Below the pieces are notes generated by a model that saw only the letters and a list, made by a program, of their open reading frames with translations, was not told the origin of the DNA and did no database searches. This document shows positions 11,887-28,602 of a stretch of 64,000 bases of DNA, in pieces (position 1 is the first letter of the stretch; each line of letters opens with the position of its first letter). The position numbers and the translations under genes are program-made. The DNA comes from Vermamoeba vermiformis (taxonomy: Eukaryota): positions 496,001 through 560,000 of the forward strand of contig JBEWZL010000209.1 of the NCBI GenBank assembly GCA_045837725.1. The letters are read 5' to 3'.

Positions 11887-14007
11887 TTATAGTCCGCGGT
11901 TGAAATAAATTGTTTCAATCTTATTTCCGTTCTTATCGACCAAATTGTGGAATTCAGGCTCGAGATCTGTTGCTTTGACTTCAGAAATTTGAGGGAACAT
12001 TGCAATAGCCGCTGGAAGACCAGTAAACAGACACAATGTAATTATAGCTATATTTAATCAGTTAGTAACTAAGAAAAGTATTACTAGTTCAATTTGAACG
12101 TACCTAAATTGACTGGGGTTGTCATTTTGGGATTGTTTTTCAGCCAGTTCGTCTTTTTAAGGAAGTGGAATAATACAGGTGGTACACTTAATACAGGCAA
12201 GCCTAATACAAATAATTCATTAGCACTTGCTGAAATTAAAGCGGATCCGAAGATCCAAAAAAAGTTTTTCGCTAGTTATTCCGCTTATTAAGAATATGAA
12301 TATATTGAACGTACTTGTAACGGCTCTGCTAATAGCTACTTTAGTAACAGCTTGTTTGCCTGCAATTTTTGATTTTCCCACAACGTTGTCGTCTTTGTCT
12401 TTGACTTCAATGCCTTGTCTGATTTCATTGCCGCGCATTAAAAACACGTTGGCAATGCTAGCACTGCTAACGGCTGTGTATGGCACGAGCTAAGAATAGT
12501 AGTACTCCATTAGTACACGAGGCTAAGAAGTAAAATCGCCGATCCGACACCAGATCCAGATCTCGTTAATTTTGATTCAAATAGTTCTTTTCATAGTATA
12601 ATTATTGAGTACGTACCATTTGAATAAATGTTCTAGCAGTAGGTGAGAATACAGTTGATTTTTTGACGAATTGGCCGAGACCGAGAGCAATCGAGCACGA
12701 GACTGCTACTGCAAGGCCGTAGCTCTCTGTTATGTAATAAATTAATATTAAATGAATGAATTTTTCGAAGAATTTACTGCTTGAATTATTTCATAAGATT
12801 GTACTAGCGTAATTGTAGATTAAAACGTAGCAGAACTGAACGCTACGAGGCGGTTATATTATTGACTATATACGTGTTTACTTACTCATAATTTCACTAT
12901 TCGACATCGGATTACTGGCGTTTCTATTAGCGTGATTGAGAGCAATGTTGTACGACTGATTGACCCACTGCCAGAACACTGCTGTAAGGGCCTAGAGGTA
13001 CACAAAATTATTAGGACCATAGTTTTAGGCATTACTACGATATTTAATGTACATTTGGTACGTACCGATGGATTTGGCGTCAATAAACCAACTGCGATTA
13101 AAATGTTCGTGGGCACGAAGGCTGATAGCCTGAAAGGCATGAAAATCTTCTCATTTGTGTCAGGGTGAATAATAGCATCCTTCACTATTAATACAGAAGT
13201 TAGTCAAGTGATTACGCACAACAGATTCGATCGTGAAAAAGAACTTGGCTGGATAGCGATTAAAGCAGTTGTATTTGATAGAAATTATGACACGAGTGTG
13301 CGAGTGATTTATGTTGGCTGTTAAGAACGAATTTGAAGACGAACGAATCCGCGTCGTTTCGTTAAACAAACCAAAAAAAGTTTTTAAAAATAGAGAAAAA
13401 ATTATACTGATAAAATCGTCAGTACATTAGTCGATAATGTGCTACGAAGAGCCATTTCAGCACGAATAAAATTATTATAACGCAAACTGAAATTTGATCA
13501 GATTTCGATCGAGCGGTTGTATTGCTTAAACTGAGACTACTAACGTTTCTTTGCACGCCAAAGCTGTTCGGGGTTGTTTTCCGGCACTTGACCAGTCTTT
13601 TTATATTCTTCTAGTGTTGACAAAGCGTTTCTGAGTTCAGCATCCGAAACTAGCAATGTTCTACGATTTTATAGTCAGCAATAATGCCAATAAACGGCCA
13701 TATAAGAGTCGTTGATGGCATAATCAAGTATATTGATAATTTTGCAAATTAAATATTACCGTGGATCAGTTACATCCAAAAAGTGTTTAAAACGACCCCA
13801 AAAGGTTTTCTGATCATATCTAGGTTTGCCTACGGATAAATAATATCAGTGAATGCATTTAATATCTGTTTTAAGGTCGTGCTAAAATCTTTTAGCAAAT
13901 CTACAACTCTTTGAAAACTAGCGAGGTTATTATTGCATGATCGAGTGTTGTACAGGCAACGTACTTAAATCAACCGGGTAATTTATAGTCTTCGTATTTT
14001 TCTCCAT
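11887..14007 (-). CDS. SFXN: Sideroflexin (mitochondrial carrier), spliced
   Basis: [67 protein letters not shown]-terminal YFNRGL*. Confidence 0.92.
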
Positions 14008-14222
14008 TTGTTGTCAGTATCAGTCGGTTCAATAATGAAAACGCAATGAAATCTTCTTTCGAAAAGCGCCATTTTACCCGACAAAATCCTTTTTATTCAC
14101 CACAAGTCTTATTTTATTACTTATAACAAAGTGTTTACTAGCAATTAGCACGACAGAGGTGCTTTAAGCTTAGTGCGGCGGTCAGATTTGTTCGTAAATT
14201 TGTTAATCCGCTGTGTTCTGCG

Positions 14223-15355
14223 ATGGACGAGACAGGTTATCTTACGCCTGAATTATTGTGTATTATATTATCAAGAATTCCAACAAAGGAGCTATTCAGG
14301 TACGAGTTCTTTCGAAACCGAATTTTTTTTTAAATAAATGCAGGCATAACCCGCCCAAAAATTAGATAAATTCTAATTTATAAATTACTAGGTTGCAGCA
14401 CGTATGTAAATATTGGCGTGAATTGTGCTGGGACGTGCAATCAGAGCTCGACTTTAGTTTTTCGCTTCAAGCTCCACTTTCCATGAACGACGACGTGCTG
14501 ATTGATGTTGTCAGAACTAAAATTAGACAGCCAGCAATCACTGCATTGTCATTAAATTATTGCCGCGCAATTACCAACAAATCTTTAAGAGAGATCGCAT
14601 CCAGCTTGCATAATCTGCGAAGTCTATCGCTTTCCTGGTGCGATAATATTACTATAGATGGTATGTTAATTTTAAGGATATTTGAAGTTTAAAAATTCAT
14701 TTTGTTGGCGGATGTACTAAGATCGAGTCTTTTTTCAGGTTTGGTTTCTTTGACGACGTTAACTAAGCTAGAATCGCTGAAATTTCGCAACTGTACATTA
14801 ATCAATACGAATGGATGGCAGCTAACAGACAAACTTTCAAACTTGACAAGTTTTACGTGCAAATCCGTCGACGATACATTCTTTACCAAATTAGTCACCA
14901 GCTGCCCAAACTTAAAATATTTGCATCTTGCTGGAAGTAATGTTCTTACTATCAAGGACCTGCCAAAGTTGACCAATCTGCATTACTTGAATTTATCCAG
15001 CACAAAAATTACAGCGGATCTGACAGTCTTGAAACAATTAACTCAATTGACGGAGCTAAATTTGGCAGATATTCCGCCATCTAGAATTCTTCCGGAGGTT
15101 TTGACGAGTTTGACTAATTTGGTATCGCTCAATATTGCTGGCAATAGTCAATTGACGAATGCTTCGGTTGGAACACTTACAACGCTAGGAAGTTTAGAAT
15201 ATTTAAATATAGAGGGAGTCGTCAACGTGGATATCGGCGTATTACCTTATTTGGATCGATTACTACATTTGAAACATTTGCGGCGCGATGGAACTAAGGT
15301 GCCTTCCTCAGTCGAAGTGCGGTACTTTGTTAAAAACAGTTTAATGCGAAAATAA
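14223..15355 (+). CDS. F-box/leucine-rich repeat protein (FBXL-like), spliced
   Basis: F-box LTPELLCIILSRI...LQHVCKYWREL followed by cysteine-containing LRRs (LRSLSLSWCDNITIDG). Confidence 0.82.
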
Positions 15356-15514
15356 ATTGTAAGTATTGTGCATAGTTAGCTAAGTATATAAATGCTGCTC
15401 CAAGTACTTATCAAGTATTGTTTAGGAAAGATTGTACAAACCAGCTCTCGCCGTTATTGTAGGTAATCTTTATTGTTAAATGACCGCAAAAAGGCTACGA
15501 ATATAACGGTATTA

Positions 15515-16393
15515 TTATTGGAGCAGAGTCTTTAATAAAGCCTTAGTAGCTTCAGACATTGGATCGACGTCGGTGGATGTTGAGATCGCTTTGAACTTCT
15601 CCAAGTCTGCAAGTCGCTGATCGACGGACGATTGGGCCATATAAATTGCATCAGTGCCAAGAGGCAAGTGAAGAGGAGGATTTTCAAGGCTAAGAACTTT
15701 CTCTATCGCATTTGCCAATTTCTTCGGATCCCCTGGTTCGATGCCTTTAGCTGATGCATACAGCGCAAGGAACTGCTTGATATTGACATAACCATCGAGG
15801 TCTGGCTTAGCTGGTGGCGGCATATGCTCTCCAAAGTCCGTGTGGAAACTACCAGGCTCGACTATAATGACGCGAATGCCGTGTTCAGCAACTTCCATTG
15901 CGAGAGCCTCTGAAAACCCTTCCAGCGCGAACTTGCTTGCGCAGTACGAAGAGACAGAAGGAGTCCCAAGGAACCCCATTGACGACGTGATCTGAATGAT
16001 GGTGCCGCTGCGTTGTTGTCGCATGATGGGCAAGACTGCTTGGCTCATGAACATGGCACCAAAGAAGTTGGTCTCCATCACACTGCGGAACTCTGCTTCA
16101 GTGAAGTTTTCAGCCGCATTCAACATGCAAATTCCAGCGTTGTTGATAAGCACGTCAATACGACCAAATTTCTCGACGGTCTTTGCTATTGCGTTAGATC
16201 TGGAGATCCGATCCGTGACTTCCAACGTAAGAGCGAGGGCATTCTGCGGGTACTTCTTTTCGAATTCAATAACTTTACTGATATTTCGAGATGTTACAGC
16301 TACTTTATGGCCTGTAGCAAGGAAGTGCGCGGCAAGCTCGTGACCAAATCCGCTTGAGCAACCAGTGATTAGGAATACTCGATGTCCCAGCAT
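15515..16393 (-). CDS. Short-chain dehydrogenase/reductase (classical SDR), intronless
   Basis: TGCSSGFG, NNAG and YCASK motifs; likely start MLGHRVFLIT at 16393. Confidence 0.92.
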   Translation of the reverse strand: MLGHRVFLITGCSSGFGHELAAHFLATGHKVAVTSRNISKVIEFEKKYPQNALALTLEVTDRISRSNAIAKTVEKFGRIDVLINNAGICMLNAAENFTEAEFRSVMETNFFGAMFMSQAVLPIMRQQRSGTIIQITSSMGFLGTPSVSSYCASKFALEGFSEALAMEVAEHGIRVIIVEPGSFHTDFGEHMPPPAKPDLDGYVNIKQFLALYASAKGIEPGDPKKLANAIEKVLSLENPPLHLPLGTDAIYMAQSSVDQRLADLEKFKAISTSTDVDPMSEATKALLKTLLQ

Positions 16394-16821
16394 ATTCAAG
16401 TTTGTTTTGACGCTTAGTAGTTCATAAGCACAAAAGAATTGCAATTTATGTTGGAGCGACGAAAACAAAGGGATTTTTCGATAGTAATTCTCTCAATTCG
16501 GATTGTATTTCAATTAAAGGTCTGTATTTGTAGTTGGCGAAGGAAAATCTGGATTGCATTTTACATGTCATCTCGTAGGGTCTGCAGAATTTGTCTCAAT
16601 TTAACTAAACAACCCAAATATCCGTAAAATCCACCCAGTTAGTAAAGCCAAAAGCGTTGCGAATCAAACAGGTATACTGTCAACAATACTGGTTTTTGAA
16701 AATTAGCTAGTTTCAGCTTGAAGACAACAATTCTCCTCACATCATTAAAGTGGTATTCTGGATAATTCAGTATTGGATAAAATAAAGACTCTAGCTGCAG
16801 CTCGTACAAAACTTATGACCT

Positions 16822-20245
<3,424 letters not shown>

Positions 20246-20394
20246 GGCTAAATTTGAAGTTGAACTGCTTCGTAGGACGCGAAAGACGTTCGATCGAAAT
20301 TCGGAAATTTAAGTCAGTTTTCTGTAGGAGGCGCTAAACGTTTATTATGCACGAAACATCTACTAATAATACAAACCATATGACAAATGGATGC

Positions 20395-21154
20395 TTATAC
20401 CCACGGTCTAATGTCGTCCTTCTTCTGAGGTACCAAATCGTTGGATGCTTTGCCAGTCAAGCCAAATCCACGGCTGTTTAACCACTCTTGCTTGAAGTCC
20501 TCTGGATTATTGATTTGGAAAATCTGTTAAATATGAGCGAATTAAGTACTACAGAAAGCGTGGCTTTGAGCAAAAAAATGTTGGTGTTACAACTAAATCT
20601 GCTTACCCTTAACGCTTTGTACGATTTTTCAAGAGACTCAACGACCATTTGGTACGTTCGCTTAATTGTAGGTAATAAATCGAGCGGATTATACCAAATA
20701 AACATCAAACTCGAAGGGAAATCTGGTCGCTTGACTCGGTAGAAGACCAATCTGCGCAGAATTAGAAAATAATTCTCCCAAAAATTATTGCATAATAATT
20801 ACCGCGGTGAGCCATCGGGTAATGCCTCTCTGACGTCGTCAACGGATGCATCTGTCAATTCTTCTTCAATCTCTACTGTTTGAGCTTGTGTATTGCATTT
20901 CACTAGAAAATATGTCGTTAAACTACAATAAATTGTCGTTGATATTATACGATAATTTGTTCCTAATTTTTGAAAATATCTCAAAGATTCTTTTGCCAGA
21001 TTTGCTGTATAGGCTTACAAATTAACGCGCAATTATTCATCTCAGTATTATTGTAAATTTTTTCAATCGCTTCTTGAGCGTCACTGCTAATTTTCGCACT
21101 CTAAAGCAAGGATTAGCCAGGTGTTTCCTAGTTTCACTAATTCTACCGTACCAT
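20395..21154 (-). CDS. GMF: Glia maturation factor / ADF-H family actin regulator, spliced
   Basis: VEIEEELTDASVDDVREALPDGSPR/LVFYRVKRPDFPSSLMFIWYNP...MVVESL is an ADF-H/GMF-like signature. Confidence 0.7.
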
Positions 21155-21207
21155 CTGGCTGTGTGAAGAATAAATGACTACTATTGTTGATTAACGTTAA
21201 AAAAAAT

Positions 21208-21481
21208 GCGGTAACTAAAGTTCGGGCGAGAGCGACAGGGGATCCCTGGTAGATCACAATCTAAAGGTCAAAAGGTTCGACTTTTGAACGCCCTCTAGTG
21301 CCTCTATTTAAATTAGAAGCTTCACCTTACTAGACAATTGGACTAGATCATGTGGCTTCAAGTGTAATATCTACTGACCAGGTCAAGGCGAATCTCCTAG
21401 GACCTACAGCGCGATGTCAACGTTTATTAGCTGAGCATTCATAGGCCGTGGTTGGCCTCAAATGCTTCGTCCTCTACATAG
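21208..21481. ncRNA. Candidate structured non-coding RNA (unassigned)
   Basis: GC-richer intergenic island with nested stems: AGGGGAT/ATCTCCT, CTGGTAGAT/ATCTAC..CCAG, TCAAAAG/CTTTTGA, GAGCATT..AGGCC/GGCCT..AATGCTT. Confidence 0.4.
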
Positions 21482-21558
21482 CGGTGATTATAAATAAATA
21501 TTACATTGCTATTTATTACAAGAAGTCAAAAGGGAGAAGAGAACTGTCAGTAATCCCT

Positions 21559-22847
21559 CTAAAATATGAAAGGAATGATGGCTGCGACTCGTTTTCTGTA
21601 CTCGACGTAATCGTTGCCAAATTGAGCAATTAATTTACGCTCTTCGACGGGGATGGCAAAAGCTAAATAAATGAAATACGACGCTGCAGTACAAAGTCGA
21701 TCCAAGTCCAACATAGGAGTTAAAAGCACTCCGAAAAAGGTCAAAGAGTACATAGGATGCCTATAGAAAGTAAATCGATGAGTATTAATGATATGCTAAC
21801 TGAAATTTCCAAGCGGATGTGAATTTGGACTTACCGGATGTATCCATAAAGACCAGTAGTAATGAGTTTAGGCGTGCCTTCCGTTCTTTTAGGTACACTC
21901 CAAGTATACAACTGCGTAAATCCGCTAAACTCACCAATGCCTAGGCGCAACACAAGCGGAAGTTGCGGGAGACCCGTGATCGTGGAAACAACCATGCCAA
22001 TAAAGTGGCAAGCAGGGTAGCCAAGTATTAAGGCATTAGTAGTGCATAAATAGAAGTCGACCCCAGTTGGAATGAAGAAATGACGAACCACAATCATGAA
22101 GAACGAGGATCCGATCATGTAAAAGGCTCTAGAAACGATAAAGCGTATTGTTATTTTGTTGTTGTTAATGAGGATGCGACTGTTAATATATCAAGAATAA
22201 TTGGCTGAAGATTCTGGAATTACGCCGTGGGTCTAATTTTGAATAATGACACAATGCCTGCGGCGAATTGAACGCGAAGTAATGAGATCAAGTAACACTT
22301 TTCGATATAAATCTTTAAAATTTACCGTATAGCAGGTGCTGGGATGATCTTGTTTAACAGTTTGTGAACGGATGCTTGTGCGGCAATTGTGTGGAACATC
22401 CCAAAAGGGATTATAAGACCAATATTAAATAATACTTTGACCCATAGTGGTAGAGTATACAACGCTAAATATAATTGGTTAAAACGCTGTTTGTTTTTCG
22501 ATACTTTAACAAAATCTTTTGGATGCATTCCCACGCACGGGTGATGTTCGTGATTGCATTATGTAACATGTCATACCTTTAGAATAATCGGGAAATACAT
22601 AATTCATCAAAAAATAACTCCAAGGATCGGCGCCTTCAAATTCAGTGCCTCTGTTGTTGACCCAACTTGGATAAGTAAACACCGGAGCAATGCCGCACAC
22701 GGCCCATAAAAACAGCCATATTATTTGCTTAATTTTGAGACCTTTTTTGGAATAAACTCGTTAGTTTTGAGTTTTTTAAGTTGCGCGGGAATTATAAGCG
22801 GATGTACCTGATATACTGGCCTTGTTTTTGGTAAAAGCCGCTTTCAT
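21559..22847 (-). CDS. Membrane methyltransferase-like protein (ICMT/NnrU/nurim/MddA-like), spliced
   Basis: Multi-TM; FGMFHTIAA, LITTGLYGYIRHPMY and EERKLIAQFGNDYVEYRKRVAAIIPF. Confidence 0.75.
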
Positions 22848-23082
22848 TGTACTAGTGTGTTGCAAATAAACAAAAATAATTGTAAAGGGAATTCCAGTGC
22901 GTTTACTCCTATTTTGCTTCTTCTGATTGACATGACAGGTAAATAAAATTGAATAAATTAATTAAAGCGTACTGACAACATTTTGCAGAGAACTGGATTC
23001 GTAGGTAACGATACTTCGCAGCCATTGTAGGGCGTTGTGGTATAATAAATTGCGGCTGTATCAAAATTAATTCAGTTATTTA

Positions 23083-25553
23083 TTATGCTCGTTTAATCAA
23101 TCGAATTAGGATCCGCATAAGTTTTCTAAGCAAATTAACAATAAACATATCTGACTTATCATAGTCCATAACATTGCTATATCTACGGGTCAGCGTGTGG
23201 AACACTGATTTAAAGTACACCGAGAAGACGACCATGCACGTCATCATAATGACATTATAAGACATGCCTGTAGTATTAAAAGATTAGATCAGCTATCTAC
23301 ATTATAAGCCATTTAGTTTTCTTACTGAAGTCAGGTGTGGGAAGTGACAGCAATAGTCCGTCAGTGTACATCCGCAACGATGCGTTGCTCTGGTGAGATG
23401 AACGCTTCTCAAGTTGTGAGATATCATATACGAGTGGAGACCATTCCAAGCCTCGGTTGTAGCGCAAGCCGCGGATCCCTCGGTCTTGTTCTTAAAAAGT
23501 TGATTAGATCTGATCTGATCACTTTGACCCAATTTTTTGCAAATATAATTACCTGCAATAGCACTTCTTTCGTACTTGATTGTTAGCACCGCGCTGCTTA
23601 TATCAAATCCACGATTGGCATCTGGTGGATGTTCAGTGTAATGCAGAAAACATTTGTCAAAGTCGATGGTAATGAAGGTCGTTGAATTGGCCGGCAAGAC
23701 GAATTCGAACTCCATTATTGCTGGACTTTTGCGGTCTTCGCTCGGTTCGATTCTCATGTACGTGAAGACTAAATCAATATCAGTCTCTCATTGGTCAGTT
23801 TCGCTTCATCACTTACATTTTTCTTGGTCGATCTTACGTCCATTCTGCTTGATTGTCAATGTGTGGTAATAGAGCTTCATGAACCAGGGTATGACTTGAT
23901 AATATGATACCGCAAGATCTTTCGTATTCTTATTCTCAAAGAGCATGACTAGCCCTCCTTGTTGCCCAAATCCGGAAATGTAACGACGGGCCAATACATC
24001 GACTTGACAGTTCAGATCCGCTACAAGATTGAAATGTTATGCCGTTTATACCATAACCTTAGAAAGTAAGCTTACTATAATTGACTGTCTGACTCTTCCA
24101 AGTGAATTGAACATCGACAGGGGCACTGTGCGGCACCAGCGTAACGTACTGCAGAGGAGCGTTATCTGTCGTCTCAACTGGTTTCAGTTTTACATCTGTC
24201 AACGCTTCACGACTCGATGAAGTCAGTTGTACGGAGTAGGAGTTTTGGCTGGACGGCTCTACGAATATAGTGCTGCGTGAGGCTAGAGGACAAGCATTCA
24301 CTAATTTAGAGCTAAAGAGCGATACCAAGGAGAAGTCTAACGACAATACATTAGCTGCTAGAAGTGGTTTTGTAAAAACGAATTAATTACCTCGCTTCCT
24401 AAAACTCTTCATCGGATCCATAACCAAACTTAAAGTTTGAGTCAACTCTAACTTGCTTGTGGTGCAATCGATCTGGTTGTAGTATATTAATATTATGTAC
24501 GATAAATTACTACGCGTTAACTTACATTCCCACAAACAGGTCTAAAATGAATGCCCATCGAATGAAAATCCACGTCGTACAGCTTTTGCGGTTTAGCTAA
24601 TAACGCACCAAATCCAGCCTTAAAAATTTAACGTTAAAGTGACGCTACTTTAATATCAGAACCACTTACTTCGGCTCTACAAGGTAGTAATTTGATCCAA
24701 GGTGTCAAATTCTCAGTGCACACAGCCTCGTGTGGTAATGTGCCGTAAAACATCGTCGCATTAAATGACCGATCACGTGCGTTGAAATTTCCCTCAGGAC
24801 AGAATGACCTGACCGGACGCGCTGTTTGGCCGAAAGGCCGAAACTGTTGTACTTCGCCAAATGTACTATTTCTATATAAAGTTAATTACTTAATAAATTT
24901 ATTAACCATAGGGAGGCAAAAAATCATCAAAATTACCTCGTTTCAAAATCATCCAAAAATTGCAATGAAGCACATAAAAGACCAGATAGACCATTGGTCA
25001 AACCGCGCCATAATATTGTAGCTCTAAAAAGTGTAAATTCATCGCGTGATCCGGAATCCAAGCATACTTTGGACTTACGACACTTGATCTACTGTTGGTT
25101 TAAACCAAGCGTATAATTCGACACCAAATGGAGCAGCGTGGATAGGGTACCCTACAATCATTATTAATTAACTGTCAAACATTGTCGACGTCAGCAAAAT
25201 CCGTGAATCCGGATGCATCGTACCCCATCTCTCGTACATCCATCTGCCTTGCGTAAACGTCAAATGAAGCTCTTCAACTTGATACTTGTGCAGCAATTTT
25301 CCAAGCGATTTCGGAAATAAATTGAAAAATTGGACTAAAAATTAAATCATCAGACCAATTACCGAATTATTAACTTACAGTTATTGTCTGCATTCATATG
25401 CCATTGCGTTGTAAATTGAAAATGCGTTAATGCCTTGCCATCAGGTAATGGCGCGATTAGAAGCTCTTCGGTGAATTCTTCCTTGCAAGCGACTGCTGCC
25501 GCGGCACAGATCCATATGAAAATCCCCGTAGCTAGCAGTTGTTTTGGTCGCAT
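23083..25553 (-). CDS. PIGT: GPI transamidase component PIG-T/Gpi16, spliced
   Basis: EEFTEELLIAPLPDGKALTHFQF, LPHEAVCTENLTPWIKLLPC, YTEHPPDANRGFDI, LPTPDF/MSYNVI. Confidence 0.93.
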
Positions 25554-25848
25554 TGTGGTAGCCTTGTAGCTAACTTGTCGTTTTGATAAGAAGATACTCC
25601 GATATTTTTTATCACCTTGTCTAAAAATAGCTATGTCGCGTCATATCAAAAACCGATTTCCGAATCCAGAAGATCTAACCATACTATTTGAGATCGTCAA
25701 GATATTGGAACACTTGTGCGTTGTCAAGACATTCCTCACAGCTATCTACGCCGTGTGGAAGTCTGCTTTGCTGAACAAAACTAAAAAATAATTTATAAGA
25801 CTTACTGGTATCACACTATTATAATCATACGAATAAGGAATTGGTCGG

Positions 25849-28337
25849 TCAGAAAAATAAGTCAAATTCGTCGTCATCTTCGGCTTCGTCATCAAGTGGC
25901 ACGTTGGGACCATTAATGAAGCACTTGGCTCTTGGACACGTGCCTCTAGAGTGAATGAACTCAAGGCAATCATTGTGCTCGTTACGTGTAGCTTCAATGC
26001 AAATAGAGCCGGGCCAATTAGCTATAATAAAAAAAAATTTGTTAAGAATGACGGATCCGTTCCAGGAAAGCGGTTTCTTACCACCGTTTTCATATGCCCA
26101 TTTCAATGCCGCTAAATTACCAGTCATAGCCGCATAGTGCGCAATGTCTGGGTGCAGAGGGCCTGTGTGATAATACGCCATTAGTACCTCGATACTAATT
26201 TTAGCAACGGAACTTACATCCACGCTCTGCTGCGTACTGCAATATTTTCACGGATTCGTTCATTTGCTGTTCTTTATGACTGCTGCTGGAGGTGATCACA
26301 GCAGCTCGAGCCAAGGTAAGATCGTGCCACGGACATCCGTTCTCGTGCGCGTACTTGAGACACGCGAATGACTTGCTTTCTGCAGCTTGATAGGTTGTTT
26401 TAGCGTCCATTGGGCCTAGGTACAATAGACTACGGTTAGAGGTCTAAGCCCAACATTGATATCTTTGTTTACGTACATCCATTTTCGTGCAAATATTTCA
26501 AGATCGTCACTGACTGATGCCTGGCAGCGTCACTGCAACAATTGGAGTTCCAAGGACCTAAAATATTTATTAGTCAATAATCATCCTCTAAGATGTCCGT
26601 TGTGACTTACATCCGTTTTCATGAGCATACTGCAGGCACTCTACAGAATTTCCGAAAATGGCCGCAAAACAAGTTGACGCATCCCAGGGATCTAAAAAGA
26701 CGAGTCAAATGAATAAAAATTCAACACCTGAAGTCAGTTCTACGTACAGCCGTTCTCGTGCAAGTACTTGAGTAAATAAACATCGCCTCTTTTTGCAGCA
26801 CCAGCACAAACTCCTTCATCAACCTCGCCTAAGCAACGCATGTCAGGTGATCATGTCAGATCCAATGACGATAGACTTACAATTATACTTGAGGGCCAGC
26901 TTTGCTTCGCGCACTTGATCTGATTCTATGAGCATTTGCACAAAAGTTGGCATGCTGTAGCCCCACTTTTCGTAGCAAGATGGCCAAGTGAGTCCCTTGT
27001 CGATCAAATATTGCAAACATTCTTCGCTTAGCTCTAGCGCGGCGTCTTCGAGCTCAATGCCTTTGTCGATACATGCAGCTAGTACCTCAAATGCATACTT
27101 CAAGCAGTCAAGGTGAGGAATGGCTTTGCGACAAAGTCCTGTGCCGACGGGACAGTTCATATCGTGCAAGTATTTCATGCACTCCACCGAGTCAGCCTTT
27201 GCAGCGCCATCGTACAGTTCACTGAGCAAGGGAAGGCCATTTTCAATTGCATATTTGAGGCACTCTAATGACCCTGCGTTGGCAGCATCTTCACTGGTCT
27301 CATTGGTCCAATCGCATCCGTTCTCGTGCGCGTACTTCAAGCACGCTAAGGATCCCGCGGTGGCTGCTGCTTTGCAAACATCAGAGTTCCAATTTGCACC
27401 GTGCGTGTGCGCGTACGTCAAGCAAGCAAGGCTGTTGTTCTTCGCTCCAGCTGCAGCTTTGCACGTGCCGTCTCCCCAAGGACCTATGAATACATATCAA
27501 TGAGCCTTCAAGTGTTCAAGCAAATATGCCTTATGTTGCATACATCCATGCTCGTGAAGATATTGTAAGATTTCAAGGCTGCCATTGCGAGCAGCTGCAA
27601 CTGTCGCGTCACCGTTCCACTTGCAGCCATGTTCGTGAGCATAGATTAAGCATTCAAGACTCGACGTTGCTGCATTTGTACAGGTCTCCTCGTCCCAATC
27701 ACCTTTGTAAGTCAATATTAATATTTGAGGGACATATAACTGTTAAATAGCGCTTACATCCATTCTCGTGCAAATATTTTAGTCGCTCCAACGAGCCAGC
27801 TGTCGCTGCGTAAGCACACGCTTCATGATCCCATTGAAAACCAATCCTATGAAGATATTTCAAACTTTCAGTTGAAGAATAAGCAGTGCAAGCGAGGTGC
27901 TGAGTAGTGAACTTGCATCCAGATTCGTGTAAATATTTCAATACATCCAAGTGACCGAAGAAAGCGGCTTGATTGCATATCGATTCTTTCCATTGATAGC
28001 CCATTGACCGCGCTTCTTTGATAAGGGACAGAAAACCCATAGTGGCAAAATAATCAAACATATTGATGCTGCTGGGCTTCTTTAGTAATGGGATATTTCT
28101 ATGTTCTCCTACGTAAATTGTCACTATTTTTAATCGATCTTGGATAATTTTGTTGATTTTTTTGGAGATCGAAGATAAAATGCTCAGTTCCAATGGAATA
28201 AAGTTATTCAACGTGATAGAATAATCATATGTTTCTTCGTCCCAATATTGAAGCGGGTCCGACAAAATATCTATAATCTCTTTCCATAATTCTAATGGCA
28301 ACTCCTGCCAACAGAATTGTCAGATCCACGATTCCAG
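25849..28337 (-). CDS. Ankyrin-repeat protein (CLKYAHENGCxW type) with F-box-like N-terminus, spliced
   Basis: MELPLELWKEII N-terminus; many AAxxGSLECLKYAHENGCxW repeats separated by short introns. Confidence 0.85.
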
Positions 28338-28602
28338 TCCAATAGATAGTTTACCATTGCCAAGTAATTATTCGTATATTATATGTTATAGAAGTGTTGT
28401 TGGTTGCAGTATTCGACACGGAAATAATGAACAAGACAAAATCTTTTCTTCTGGCCGTACTATCTGTCCCCTTTCTTGTAGCGCACTATAAAATCATTTA
28501 TATTACCCGAGCACTTAATACGGTATTAATAATACATCGCTAGCATAATTACAAACAGTTTATAATTTATAAAAGCAATTTACAACGGATGGGGTGCACA
28601 GT

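Noticed and set aside
15996-16357. Short antisense ORFs over real genes (also within 36927-38597 and 62121-63737)
   Set aside because: These are shadow frames of well-supported opposite-strand CDSs and have no motifs of their own.
21355-21375. U2 snRNA-like TCAAGTGTAATATCT
   Set aside because: The branch-recognition sequence is mismatched and the U2 5' stem-loop and Sm site are absent; kept only as part of the unassigned structured RNA.
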